A DNA stretch of 64,000 nucleotides from Clostridiales bacterium (GTDB lineage: Bacteria; Bacillota; Clostridia; DUPQ01). The DNA lies in assembly GCA_023145435.1 (NCBI GenBank), contig JAGLDS010000004.1:40546-104545 (forward strand), written 5' to 3'. Under the pieces are notes generated by a model, which saw only the letters and a program-made list of their open reading frames with translations, was not told the origin of the DNA and ran no database searches. The translations under genes were made by a program, and so were the position numbers. How positions within the stretch are numbered: the first letter of the stretch is position 1; every line of letters begins with the position of its first letter. Below, piece by piece: positions 1-11,460 of this stretch.

Positions 1-509
1 CTAGTTGTACAAAAAAAGTTAAAAACATCCTTTTTAACTTCTCGTTGATAAAAAAGATGTACTAAATTATCTTTTATAACAACTTCAGGTGCTATGGCAC
101 CTTTAATAACTGGACTATCACTATGTTTAGTAAAATTAAGACCATCTAAAGATGTGGCTAAACCAATACAAGCTTTTTGGTGATAAGAATGGCCTGAATA
201 ATACAAAAAGATTTTACCATCAATAATAACAGTAGCAGGATCTACTAAATGCCTACAATCAAAAGCGCTTTGGTCTTCACTTGCTTTTATTATTGGATTC
301 CCTTTATAGTGCGTCCATGTAACACCATCAAATTTATCAACATCAGTATACATTACTCCTAATTGATCATGGCAAGCTTCTGATTGCCCTCTAAAATAGA
401 TTAAATACTTATTATCAAATTCTAGTAAATCTGGGTTTGCTACATGCTTACTATAAAAAGTATTTGGTGTTCTCTTAATAATCGGATTATTCTCGTAGCG
501 TTTAAACAT
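1..509 (-). CDS. Glycoside hydrolase/phosphorylase-like protein (GH130/GH43-like beta-propeller 'glycosylase'), N-terminal part; ORF runs off the window start
   Basis: Minus-strand ATG at 509-507, read by hand as MFKRYENNPIIKRTPNTFYSKHVANPDLLEFDNKYLIYFRGQSEACHDQ... with no stop before position 1. The N-terminal NPII...YFRG pattern is typical of GH130/DUF377-type glycosylases. Not in the ORF track because it is edge-truncated. Confidence 0.45.
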   Translation of the reverse strand, partial: MFKRYENNPIIKRTPNTFYSKHVANPDLLEFDNKYLIYFRGQSEACHDQLGVMYTDVDKFDGVTWTHYKGNPIIKASEDQSAFDCRHLVDPATVIIDGKIFLYYSGHSYHQKACIGLATSLDGLNFTKHSDSPVIKGAIAPEVVIKDNLVHLFYQREVKKDVFNFFCTT

Positions 510-1470
510 CTTTTGTTTCTCCTTTTATTTTTGATTTTAATAAATAATAAGCTAAATACCCTAAATGAACACTAGCAAATAATATAACTGGAATATATGC
601 TAGTGTGATTTTTAATGAAAAAGCTAAAATAATATCAAACAAGTGAAGAATTAGTGGAATTACCCATACTACTGGTTGCTTAATAATATTTACCATTTCA
701 CCTCGCTTACGATATATAAACATTATTACCATACTAACTATCATTATTAATGAGAGCATACTTATTTCAGCTACTCTATTTTTAAATAGTGGAAATATTG
801 GATAAAGAAATAGTAAAAATCTATTAATTGGAGATACAATTAATAAAACACCTGCTATTGGAGCAATTGTAATATATGCTATACCCACACTAGTTTTTTC
901 CTTTGATTTTTTATATAGATATCTACCTAATAAAATTAAAGTAGCATAGTAAAACATTAGGAAAAACCATCCTGTATAATTAAAATATGGAATACCAAAA
1001 AACATCTCTTTATAATGTGATGTCCAATTCCATCTTCCCTCCATTACACCTTTAACTAAATGTAAATCAAAAACTGCTACAGGGTCAATTGTTAAGTCTT
1101 GTAGTACACCTAAAAACCCAACTACAAAAGGTATTGCCCATTTTGGAAATTTCATTAATTCAGCAAATCTTAATGCAGCATAGAAAATAACAGCTTCAAA
1201 CATTAATATAGATAAAGGGACAACACCTATCATTACTAACCTATCAAGTGAGTAATTATATGTATTTCCAATAACTCCAATATTTTCAAATATTCCTGCA
1301 AATACAACAAATCCAAATAATTCAAAAGTGCGATATACTCTATTCCTATTTTTATTTTGCTTAATAATAACCGCTAAACAATAAATGAAAAGAACAAAAG
1401 CAAGTATTTCTGCAATAACCCAAGTTATAGGTGATGATAAATACTCAATTACTTCAGGTCTATAATTCAT
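502..1470 (-). CDS. Polytopic integral membrane protein of unknown function
   Basis: 322 aa with many hydrophobic helices and no recognisable catalytic motif. Confidence 0.5.
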   Translation of the reverse strand: MNYRPEVIEYLSSPITWVIAEILAFVLFIYCLAVIIKQNKNRNRVYRTFELFGFVVFAGIFENIGVIGNTYNYSLDRLVMIGVVPLSILMFEAVIFYAALRFAELMKFPKWAIPFVVGFLGVLQDLTIDPVAVFDLHLVKGVMEGRWNWTSHYKEMFFGIPYFNYTGWFFLMFYYATLILLGRYLYKKSKEKTSVGIAYITIAPIAGVLLIVSPINRFLLFLYPIFPLFKNRVAEISMLSLIMIVSMVIMFIYRKRGEMVNIIKQPVVWVIPLILHLFDIILAFSLKITLAYIPVILFASVHLGYLAYYLLKSKIKGETKDV

Positions 1471-1657
1471 TATAATCTCTCCTAACTATAAAAATATGCC
1501 AATGATTATTTTTATTATAAATTATTTATTTATAAATAACAAGATTTTAACTAAAATTATGAACAAAAAAATATCTTTACATTTTATTTTATTTGTAACG
1601 TGGTATAATCAAAAAAAAGGTTTTGATGGAACGAGTTATAAATAGGATTTTAAGATA

Positions 1658-4021
1658 ATGAAACAGCAGAGTACATTTTATAGTGGACATGAGATATCGT
1701 TAACAGAGAAAAAGAAAAATGAAATAATAAGTAATGCAAGTTTTTGGCTGAATATGAGTTTTGACCAGATAAACAATCTAATGTTCTCTGAAAACTTATT
1801 GCGTTCTTGGTTTGTATTATCATATGGCAATTGCCCTGATTGTGGCAAACCTGTATTGATGTATAATTGGAAAATAGATATTAAAAATCATCCTTACAAA
1901 GTACAATGTCCTCATTGCGATAAATTCTTCCCAGATAATGATTTCGAAGCCTACTATAAATCTGGGTTAACTAAAGATAAAAGATTTTCTTATGAGTTAG
2001 CTAATAACAAACTACTTACAGGTGATAAATATATTGATGATGGTAATGGTTATGTACATGATGATGGTGAAAATTACCGTTTTATTGCATATTATCTAAC
2101 CATGGGTCAATGGGAAACAAATATTATTGGTGGTATTAATGCACTTTCATTAGCTTATTTAGTAACAAAAAAACAAGCATATGCAACACGAGTAGCAATA
2201 CTTCTTTTTTCTATCTCAAAATTTCATAAGTATTTTGATTATTATAAACAAGGTCTTATGTATGAACAAGCAAATAAATCAAATGGTTATGTTTGTTATT
2301 GGGCAAGTGCATCTACTGACTGTAAGTATATGATAAATTCCTATGATATGGTATTTGATGCTATAAAAAATGATGATAATCTTACAAATTATCTAAAACT
2401 ACCTTTTTTAGAAATTCAGCAACAAATCGAACATGAACTTTTTCAAGATATTCTTAATAATAAGAAAAAAATATTTTCAAATCCCCCATCAACTGATATT
2501 ACTATACTAAATACAAAAATTACTCTTAATTGGCCTGAAAACAAACAAGAAATCATGAATGGTTTAGATCATATTATTAAAGAAAACACTTTAGTTGATG
2601 GGTTACCAGGTGAAAAAGGCATTTCAGGATATGCCTCTATAGGTCCAAGTTTATTATTAGACTTATTTACTCAATTAAGTTTATTAAGTGAAGATTTTAT
2701 TAATGAAATTTTAACTAAATACCCAATACTATATAAAACATATCGTTTCCATATTGACTCCTGGTATATGAACAAATATTACCCTCATTGTGGAGATACC
2801 GGTACCTTTAATATGAAAAGTTTGTCTAATGTATCAATTATCACAAAATATCAAGCTAATGCTCAAAAATTAGTAAGATACTCCCCTGATTGGTTTGCCT
2901 ACCAACTCTACAAACATTTTGGTGATATTGATTTTCTGAAAATAATATATATAAATAATGGATATTCATTTGATAATCTATTTGAAGATGATTTATTTAC
3001 AAAAAAATCAGATAAAATTCAAATTATTACCTTAGTTAAAAAAATAATTTTAGAACATGGAACTAGTACAAATCAAATTAGCACAAACTATGAAAAATAT
3101 CGTATGGCTTTTTTACATAGTGGACAAAATCAGAATAAGAGAATGGCTTTTTTACTTTATGATTCAGGTGCCAATCATTCTCATCAAGAAGCATTGAATT
3201 TTGGTTTATTTTTTAAAGGTAAAAATATTATCTCAGGTTTTGGTTACCCACCTGTTGGTTATGGTGGATGGTTTTCCAATCAAGTAAAGTGGTATCGCCA
3301 TCCAAGTTCACATAATATTGTTGTTATTGATAATAAAGAACATGTAAATTTATCAAAATCAGAAACTTTCTTACGTTATCCTGAATATGGAAAAACTTTA
3401 CTCTTTGAAAGCACAGATTTATATCATGTTATTTGTGCAGAAGCCAAAGAATATGTTGATGCTGATAAATCTCTTAGATTATTAGCTATGATTGATATAG
3501 ATGAACAAGACTCATATATTATTGATATTTATCAAACTATTGGTGGTAATAGTCATCGCAAATTTCAACGAAGTACGTTTACAAACCTAGAAACACAAGA
3601 ATTATCATTAAACCCCACTCAATATGAAGAATATGAGTTTATGCGTAATTTTAAAACCGATAATTCTCCAAATTCTACATTTACTGTTACTTTCCATGAT
3701 AATGAAACATATTTTGCTTATACAGATTTATCAACTAACCGAAAAGTAAGCATCTGCGAGTCATGGGTTGATTTATCTAGAATGAAGGATCATATTGGTG
3801 AAAATAATTGTTTATGGTTACCAACTCTCATGTTAGAAACAATTGGTGGCCAGTCAACCTTTGTTTCAGTTATGGAAGTATATGAAAAACAATCTAAAAT
3901 TAGTTCTATTAAAAGAAAAGGTGATAATAATAATATTACTTTAATTATTACTCTTATTAATGGTAAAACTGATATTATTAACTTTAGTAATAATAATCAA
4001 TTTACTATAAATAGAAAATAG
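1658..4021 (+). CDS. Heparinase II/III-like (polysaccharide lyase-like) protein with N-terminal Cys4 zinc ribbon, cytoplasmic
   Basis: 787 aa with no signal peptide. N-terminal CPDC-x17-CPHC ribbon. C-terminal HSHQEALNF...HNIVVIDNKEH matches the heparinase II/III HxH...HNT signature. Paralog of the ORF at 54886. Confidence 0.6.
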   Translation: MKQQSTFYSGHEISLTEKKKNEIISNASFWLNMSFDQINNLMFSENLLRSWFVLSYGNCPDCGKPVLMYNWKIDIKNHPYKVQCPHCDKFFPDNDFEAYYKSGLTKDKRFSYELANNKLLTGDKYIDDGNGYVHDDGENYRFIAYYLTMGQWETNIIGGINALSLAYLVTKKQAYATRVAILLFSISKFHKYFDYYKQGLMYEQANKSNGYVCYWASASTDCKYMINSYDMVFDAIKNDDNLTNYLKLPFLEIQQQIEHELFQDILNNKKKIFSNPPSTDITILNTKITLNWPENKQEIMNGLDHIIKENTLVDGLPGEKGISGYASIGPSLLLDLFTQLSLLSEDFINEILTKYPILYKTYRFHIDSWYMNKYYPHCGDTGTFNMKSLSNVSIITKYQANAQKLVRYSPDWFAYQLYKHFGDIDFLKIIYINNGYSFDNLFEDDLFTKKSDKIQIITLVKKIILEHGTSTNQISTNYEKYRMAFLHSGQNQNKRMAFLLYDSGANHSHQEALNFGLFFKGKNIISGFGYPPVGYGGWFSNQVKWYRHPSSHNIVVIDNKEHVNLSKSETFLRYPEYGKTLLFESTDLYHVICAEAKEYVDADKSLRLLAMIDIDEQDSYIIDIYQTIGGNSHRKFQRSTFTNLETQELSLNPTQYEEYEFMRNFKTDNSPNSTFTVTFHDNETYFAYTDLSTNRKVSICESWVDLSRMKDHIGENNCLWLPTLMLETIGGQSTFVSVMEVYEKQSKISSIKRKGDNNNITLIITLINGKTDIINFSNNNQFTINRK

Positions 4022-4026
4022 CAATA

Positions 4027-4055
4027 AAAAGACAGTAAATCACTACTGTCTTTAT
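4027..4055. terminator. Bidirectional intrinsic terminator between convergent genes
   Basis: AAAGACAGTA-aatcac-TACTGTCTTT hairpin, with T-runs on both strands. Confidence 0.55.
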
Positions 4056-4078
4056 AAATACAATTTTTTTATTTTACT

Positions 4079-4624
4079 TTAATCATCATCTGTATTTTGT
4101 TTACCACTACCACCCATACCACCTCTACCACCAGCATTTGTGGATATAAGCCCCATATTACGTAAATCTTCATTTGCCAATACGCCTGCACTAATTACTT
4201 CTTGTAAAGTTACTTCTTCGTTAAGTAATTGTTTAACAATACCAACTTGTTCATCTGATAATCCTTCAAGATTTAAATCATTAATATCAATATCTGTAAA
4301 ATTTGGAATAAGTGATACTTGATCTCTATCAAATTCGCCATTGCCTCTCAATCCTATGTTAGATTGGTTAGGAGTTAAACCTAATTCAGATAAATGCTCT
4401 TGTGTAAATAATCCAGATAGCATTAGTTCCTTAAGACTTATTTTATCATTTTGCACATCCTCTAGTGCATCTATTTGTTCATCACTTAAGCCTTCTGTAC
4501 TTACTTCAATTAGTGTACCATCAAGTGTCTTAATTTCTAGGGTTTTACTACTACAAGCTGTTAATAACAAACTTGAAATAACTATTATTACGATTATAAC
4601 TGATATTTTTTTCATTTTTTTCAC
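4079..4624 (-). CDS. Lipoprotein with internal EGLSDEQ repeats
   Basis: Signal peptide plus LTAC lipobox. Repeated LSDEQ/EGLSDEQ motifs and a Gly-rich C-terminus. Confidence 0.55.
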   Translation of the reverse strand: MKKMKKISVIIVIIVISSLLLTACSSKTLEIKTLDGTLIEVSTEGLSDEQIDALEDVQNDKISLKELMLSGLFTQEHLSELGLTPNQSNIGLRGNGEFDRDQVSLIPNFTDIDINDLNLEGLSDEQVGIVKQLLNEEVTLQEVISAGVLANEDLRNMGLISTNAGGRGGMGGSGKQNTDDD

Positions 4625-4691
4625 CTTCTAAAATAATTTAAACTTATTATATATATATAACCTTAAATTTTCCTTAATAAAAAGTGATACT

Positions 4692-5279
4692 TTATTTATC
4701 ATTATCTTCTATGCAATTATCATAAGTAGATATGACTTCATTGTATAGTTGTTTTGCTTCATCTTTTGAGTCTACTGGAGCACATATAATAGTATTAACA
4801 CCAGATTCCCAACCATAACCAATACCTGTATAAAGAATTTTCGGATCAAATACTACTGATGTAAAATCATCATTAATATATAAGTCTCCTACATAATGAA
4901 TTTCAGGTATATTATCATATTCATGATAATAACGAATTTTCACCTCACCTTTATTACATTTATTAAAAACAATAGTAATAGATTCATTGTTTATAGTCAT
5001 TGAATCTCTATTTTCATAAACCTCTTTAACTTGATTTGGTATAGCAACACCATTTTGATATATCAGTCCTTTAAAATATTTACCAAAGAACATTGAATTC
5101 CTATATTTACCTACAAAACGAATTTCTTGTTCTTTTTGATACTCTATATGTTCAGCATTATCAATATATAAAATTCCATCAAATGATATATCAATTTTTC
5201 TAGGAATCGAATCAAACACTAATATTGCTAAAATCGCTAATAAACTTATACCTACAATAAACCATGAAAAATGTTTCAT
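4692..5279 (-). CDS. Membrane-anchored protein, paralog family member 1 (conserved C-terminal IICAPxxSxxEA motif)
   Basis: N-terminal TM helix. Shares the ...FxGRY...IICAPVDSKDEAKQLYNEV motif with the ORFs at 6144 and 6690. Confidence 0.55.
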   Translation of the reverse strand: MKHFSWFIVGISLLAILAILVFDSIPRKIDISFDGILYIDNAEHIEYQKEQEIRFVGKYRNSMFFGKYFKGLIYQNGVAIPNQVKEVYENRDSMTINNESITIVFNKCNKGEVKIRYYHEYDNIPEIHYVGDLYINDDFTSVVFDPKILYTGIGYGWESGVNTIICAPVDSKDEAKQLYNEVISTYDNCIEDNDK

Positions 5280-5560
5280 AATAAACTCCTATCTAGTATT
5301 ACTATAGCAAAGAAAAAAAGTAAAATTCAATAAAACTTACTAATTGTCCTTTATATATGCTAACCAATACATTTTTTTACTTTATTAGCCACTATTGTAT
5401 CAACATTGCTAAGTTATAATATTTCAATAAACATCATAAAAATGGAATAAAAATCAAAAAATATAATAAATTCCATGGATATTATATGCTATTATCGCTT
5501 ATAATATAGGTAGGGGCAATTATATTTTAAGAACATCTATAATTAAGTTGGAGGTACTAA

Positions 5561-6130
5561 ATGAAAAAAATTACTTTAATTACACTTATTCTTGTGTTTT
5601 TTCTTACTGCATGTGAATCATATAAAATAATACCAGAAGGAATAACTTTAATAGATGAGTCTGAGGTCCCCGTTAGAGAAGGATATGTTTGTATTCTTAA
5701 AGAACGTACAACTTTTGACACTTTAATAGACAAATCATCTCACATAGTAAAATTAGTTGTTAATGAAGTTATTTATTTTCAATATGAAGCTTCTTATACG
5801 TACAATGATTACCTAAATACTTGGGAGCAACTTGGAATAGCATATGATATAACTATTGAAGAAGTATTATATGGTACTAATATAAAAAAGAATAAAAATT
5901 ACTATCTATACTTGCCATTCATGGAAGAATACTCTGATCCCCCTTTGATTTTCCCTGAAGTTGGAGAAGAATACTATGCTTTTTTAATGGAGTTAGATAA
6001 TAATAATAGTAAAGCTTTATTAGAATTTATTGATTATACTTTTAAAGATAATGAAATTGGAATTGTTCCAGTTTCTGTAGCAAATGAAAAACGATTATTA
6101 ACTACTATTGAAAATTTCACAAATAAGTAA
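5561..6130 (+). CDS. Lipoprotein, unknown function
   Basis: MKKITLITLILVFFLTAC lipobox. RBS GGAGG upstream. Confidence 0.55.
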   Translation: MKKITLITLILVFFLTACESYKIIPEGITLIDESEVPVREGYVCILKERTTFDTLIDKSSHIVKLVVNEVIYFQYEASYTYNDYLNTWEQLGIAYDITIEEVLYGTNIKKNKNYYLYLPFMEEYSDPPLIFPEVGEEYYAFLMELDNNNSKALLEFIDYTFKDNEIGIVPVSVANEKRLLTTIENFTNK

Positions 6131-6143
6131 AATCTTTAATAAT

Positions 6144-6683
6144 TTATTTTATTGGCTCCATTTTATTTTCTAAATAATTTTTCATTAAATCATTTGACAT
6201 TATTATTGCTTCTTCTCTAGTAGATGCAGGTGCACATATGATAAGACCATCATCACTGCTCCAATGTATTCTGCTTAGATTACCCTCCACAGGTTCTGCA
6301 ACTGTAATTGTTACTTGCTTAAAATTTGAATCAATAAATATACTGCCAATATTATTTTGTACTGATGAATCAGTTGAGTAAAATACTAGATAACCTCCAA
6401 GTTCTGGATGAAATCGTATGTTAACTTCTCCTTCTGCAACATCTCCATTACTTTCTAACACTACATAGCCTACAAATGAGGCTTGTGTAAGAAATGCTTT
6501 TTGAAATCTTCCATCAAAGTGTAATAGAACATATTCAAAAGTTTCATCGTTCTTCTCACCTGCTTTTATTTGAACACCTAAAAAATCACGTTGAATATTT
6601 CTTGGTAAATGTATAATTAGCATAAGTAAAATAACAAATATAATAACTATACTACTTAAAATAGTTACTATTTTTTTCTTCAT
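6144..6683 (-). CDS. Membrane-anchored protein, paralog family member 2
   Basis: N-terminal TM helix. C-terminal LIICAPASTREEAIIMSNDLM aligns with the paralogs. Confidence 0.55.
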   Translation of the reverse strand: MKKKIVTILSSIVIIFVILLMLIIHLPRNIQRDFLGVQIKAGEKNDETFEYVLLHFDGRFQKAFLTQASFVGYVVLESNGDVAEGEVNIRFHPELGGYLVFYSTDSSVQNNIGSIFIDSNFKQVTITVAEPVEGNLSRIHWSSDDGLIICAPASTREEAIIMSNDLMKNYLENKMEPIK

Positions 6684-6689
6684 ATATAA

Positions 6690-7202
6690 TTACTCCAATT
6701 CTTTTTGTAAAAAGGAATCCATTACTTCGTTTGAAATAGCTATAGCTTGCTCTCTACTAGATGCAGGAGCTGCCATCATCAATCCTGAACTCGAATTCCA
6801 AGACCCTTCTTCATTTATACAAATTGCCATTTTGGAAAAATCATCATTTATTAATATTCTATCAGTTGTTATAACCCCATGACTATCATTGGTATCATAA
6901 AGTTGAGCTGAATTATACTTATTAAAATCAAGGGAAGTTTTCTTACCTGGAATGTTATTTAACTTATAACCATCTATATATACATCACCAACAAAAATAT
7001 GTGCAAGAAATGAATTAACATATCTACCTTCAAACTTTAATGTAATTAATTCTTCATATTCAATATTGTCTATTCCCAATCGATATTGTATACAATCTAA
7101 TTCTACATCCACTTTTGTACCAATTGACATAACAACAAAAACTGCTAAAGCAATTAATAATATTACACCTATGATTACTATAAAATAACCTAATTTATTC
7201 AT
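6690..7202 (-). CDS. Membrane-anchored protein, paralog family member 3
   Basis: N-terminal TM helix. C-terminal MMAAPASSREQAIAISNEVM aligns with the paralogs. Confidence 0.55.
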   Translation of the reverse strand: MNKLGYFIVIIGVILLIALAVFVVMSIGTKVDVELDCIQYRLGIDNIEYEELITLKFEGRYVNSFLAHIFVGDVYIDGYKLNNIPGKKTSLDFNKYNSAQLYDTNDSHGVITTDRILINDDFSKMAICINEEGSWNSSSGLMMAAPASSREQAIAISNEVMDSFLQKELE

Positions 7203-7283
7203 ATTATCTCTTTACCTCTTTAATTGTTTAGTTCTCCCTGCAAAAAAGTATAACATAAAAAGTGATTTATTTATATATAAATA

Positions 7284-7321
7284 TTGGCAAAAATAAAGCA
7301 GCTATTGCTGCTTATTTTTTT
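7284..7321. terminator. Intrinsic terminator of the V-ATPase operon (hairpin, U-runs on both strands)
   Basis: AAGCAGC-tatt-GCTGCTT stem followed by T7. It abuts the ntpD stop codon. Confidence 0.6.
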
Positions 7322-7964
7322 ATGTTCGTTGTTGTTCTAACATCATATCTTTAACTTTCATTAATCTAGTAGTATTTCCTCTCTCATTTTCATCAAGTTT
7401 CATTGTTATGTACTTAATTGTTTCTTGTAATTGAGGAATCATAACATACTCTAGTGCATTAACACGTCGTCTTGTCTTTTCAATTTCTCTAGCCATTAAC
7501 TGAGTAGTTTTTTCTAACTCTGCTAGTTTTAACATAATAGGTAATACTTCAGTTAGATTATAAATAGCCCCATCTAATTCACCTGATGTTGAATGTAATC
7601 CATAAGGATAAATATTACCATCATCCGTTGTTACTTCATCAACTAAAAACTTTGGAACATTTACACTCATAATATTTTCATTTCCTAAATTAAGTTGTAC
7701 ACTTTTTTTAGGAATCATTAGTGCTTCTTCTAAATTTTCAAAAGGCATAATTGCTCTGGCAATAATAAAACTATCATGAGCTTTTTTAATCATCTCTTCC
7801 ATTTTCTCACGCATAGTCTTATTTTCTTTTACAATTATAATAAACTTTTTCATTAATTCATCACGTTTATCTTTAAGCAATTTATGACCACGTCTCGCAA
7901 CTTTGATACGTTTTTTAAGTTTATTTAATTCCATCCTTGTGGGATTGACATTAAGTCTTGCCAT
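7320..7964 (-). CDS. ntpD: V-type ATPase subunit D
   Basis: MARLNVNPTRMELNKLKKRIKVARRGHKLLKDKRDEL is a classic subunit D N-terminus. Confidence 0.9.
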   Translation of the reverse strand: MARLNVNPTRMELNKLKKRIKVARRGHKLLKDKRDELMKKFIIIVKENKTMREKMEEMIKKAHDSFIIARAIMPFENLEEALMIPKKSVQLNLGNENIMSVNVPKFLVDEVTTDDGNIYPYGLHSTSGELDGAIYNLTEVLPIMLKLAELEKTTQLMAREIEKTRRRVNALEYVMIPQLQETIKYITMKLDENERGNTTRLMKVKDMMLEQQRT

Positions 7965-7968
7965 TTAA

Positions 7969-9346
<1,378 letters not shown>

Positions 9347-9354
<8 letters not shown>

Positions 9355-11125
9355 CGCTTTCACCACCTTTGGTTTTCAACTCATTCATTTGGGCTGTTAA
9401 TTCATTTTTTAATTGCTCAAAATGTAAATCAAAGTCTTTTTCAAGAACAAATCGAGCACGTCCTATTTTTTCTCTTACAGGAATACTAATTAAGTCGTTA
9501 ATATCCACATCGTATTTAAGTAGTTCTCTACCTTGATAATAGTATGCCATAATAATACTTAACATCTTATACTGTTTATTTGGTGAACAATATGTATCTA
9601 TTTCATGAAAAGCATCTTGATAAAGATAATCTTCTCTAATAGACCTAGAAGCTTCTAATGTTAATCGTTCATTTTTAGATAAAGCATCCATTCCAACTAA
9701 TCTAACAATTTCAAGTAGGGATGCTTCTTCTTGAAGTAATCTCATTGCATCTGTTTTTAGTTGTGGAAAGTCTTTGGCAACATTTTTTGCTCTCCATAAA
9801 GATAATCTATTATCATATAGTGAATAACTAGTTAACCAATTTATAGCTGGGAAATGTCTAGCATATGCTAATGCTGAATCTAATCCCCAGAATACTTTTA
9901 CTATACGCTGTGTTGCTTGTGTAACAGGTTCAGATAAATCACCACCTGGAGGTGAAACTGCACCAACAGCTGAAACTGAACCAAATATTTCTTTCGAACC
10001 AAGTACTTGTACTTTACCAGCACGCTCATAAAATTGAGCTAATCTAGAACCTAGGTAAGCAGGATATCCTTCTTCACCAGGCATTTCTTCAAGTCTAGCA
10101 GACATTTCACGTAAAGCTTCTGCCCAACGAGATGTTGAATCAGCAATAATGGCTACATCATAGCCCATGTCTCTATAATATTCTGCAATGGTTATACCTG
10201 TGTAAATTGAAGCTTCTCTAGCAGCAACTGGCATATCTGATGTATTAGCAATTAACACAGTACGTTTCATTAGTGGTTCACCTGATCTAGGGTCTTTTAA
10301 TTCTGGGAATTCCATTAATACATCTGTCATCTCGTTGCCACGTTCACCACAACCAATATATACAACGATATCTGCATCAGCCCATTTGGCTAATTGATGT
10401 TGTACAACAGTTTTTCCACTTCCAAATGGTCCAGGAATTGCAGCAGTTCCACCTTTTGCTATTGGAAACATTGTATCTACATTTCTTTGTCCTGTTATTA
10501 GTGGTTCATCTGGTGTAAATTTTGCTTTATATGGACGCTGTACACGTACAGGCCATTTTTGTAACATGGTAACATCAACGATATCACCATTTTCTTTTTT
10601 AACCTTTGCAACCACATCAGTCACTGTATATGTTCCTGCTGTAATTTCAGTTATTTCACCTCTTATACCAAAAGGAATCATTATTTTATGGTCAACTAAA
10701 ACTGTTTCAAAAACAGTTCCAATAATGTCACCATTTATTACTTTATCACCAACTTTTGCAGTCGGTTTAAATTCCCATGTGTTGTCTCTATCAACAGAAT
10801 CAACTTCAATTCCTCTTTTTATTGTATGACCAGTCATTTCTCTGATTTTAATTAATGGACGTTGAATTCCGTCAAATATTTCACCCATTAATCCAGGTCC
10901 TAATTCTACACTTAATGGCATACCAGTTGTTTCAACTGGTTCTCCAGGACCTAATCCAGAAGTCTCTTCATATACTTGAATAGATGCTAAATCTTCTCTC
11001 ATCTCAATTATTTCACCAATAAGACGTTCGTTTGATACTCTTACAACATCAAACATATTAGCATCTTTCATATCTTTGGCCACAACCAATGGGCCTGAAA
11101 CTTTAACAATTGTTCCTTTACTCAC
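9347..11125 (-). CDS. ntpA: V-type ATPase catalytic subunit A
   Basis: 592 aa, Walker [10 protein letters not shown]-subunit fold signature. Confidence 0.93.
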
Positions 11126-11142
11126 GTTTTTACACTTCCTTT

Positions 11143-11460
11143 TTAGTTATCTTTAAACAAAATGTCTGCACCTATTGCTTTTTCTGCAGCATCTTTTATA
11201 TTCTTCATACCAATTCCTTTTGACCCTTTATTACTAGGTATAGGAATAATCGCAGGAATAATTTCATCATGATAATCATTGATTGAATCATGGATTTTTT
11301 CAAACACTTCTTCTGTTACATATATAATTGCATATTGTTTTTTTGCTAAATCATCAATTAAATCAGATAAAACTAGATGATCTGTAAAAAACACATCTAA
11401 ACCAACAGCTTTAAACCCTAATACGCTATCTTTATTTCCAATAACAGCAATCTTATACAT
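11143..11460 (-). CDS. ntpG: V-type ATPase subunit F
   Basis: 105 aa [24 protein letters not shown], typical of subunit F. Confidence 0.8.
   Translation of the reverse strand: MYKIAVIGNKDSVLGFKAVGLDVFFTDHLVLSDLIDDLAKKQYAIIYVTEEVFEKIHDSINDYHDEIIPAIIPIPSNKGSKGIGMKNIKDAAEKAIGADILFKDN

Noticed and set aside
4140-4631. Plus-strand ORFs 4140-4322 and 4341-4631 overlapping the lipoprotein gene
   Set aside because: They are antisense to a gene with a clear lipobox signal peptide, and their products are Ser/Leu-rich low-complexity sequence.
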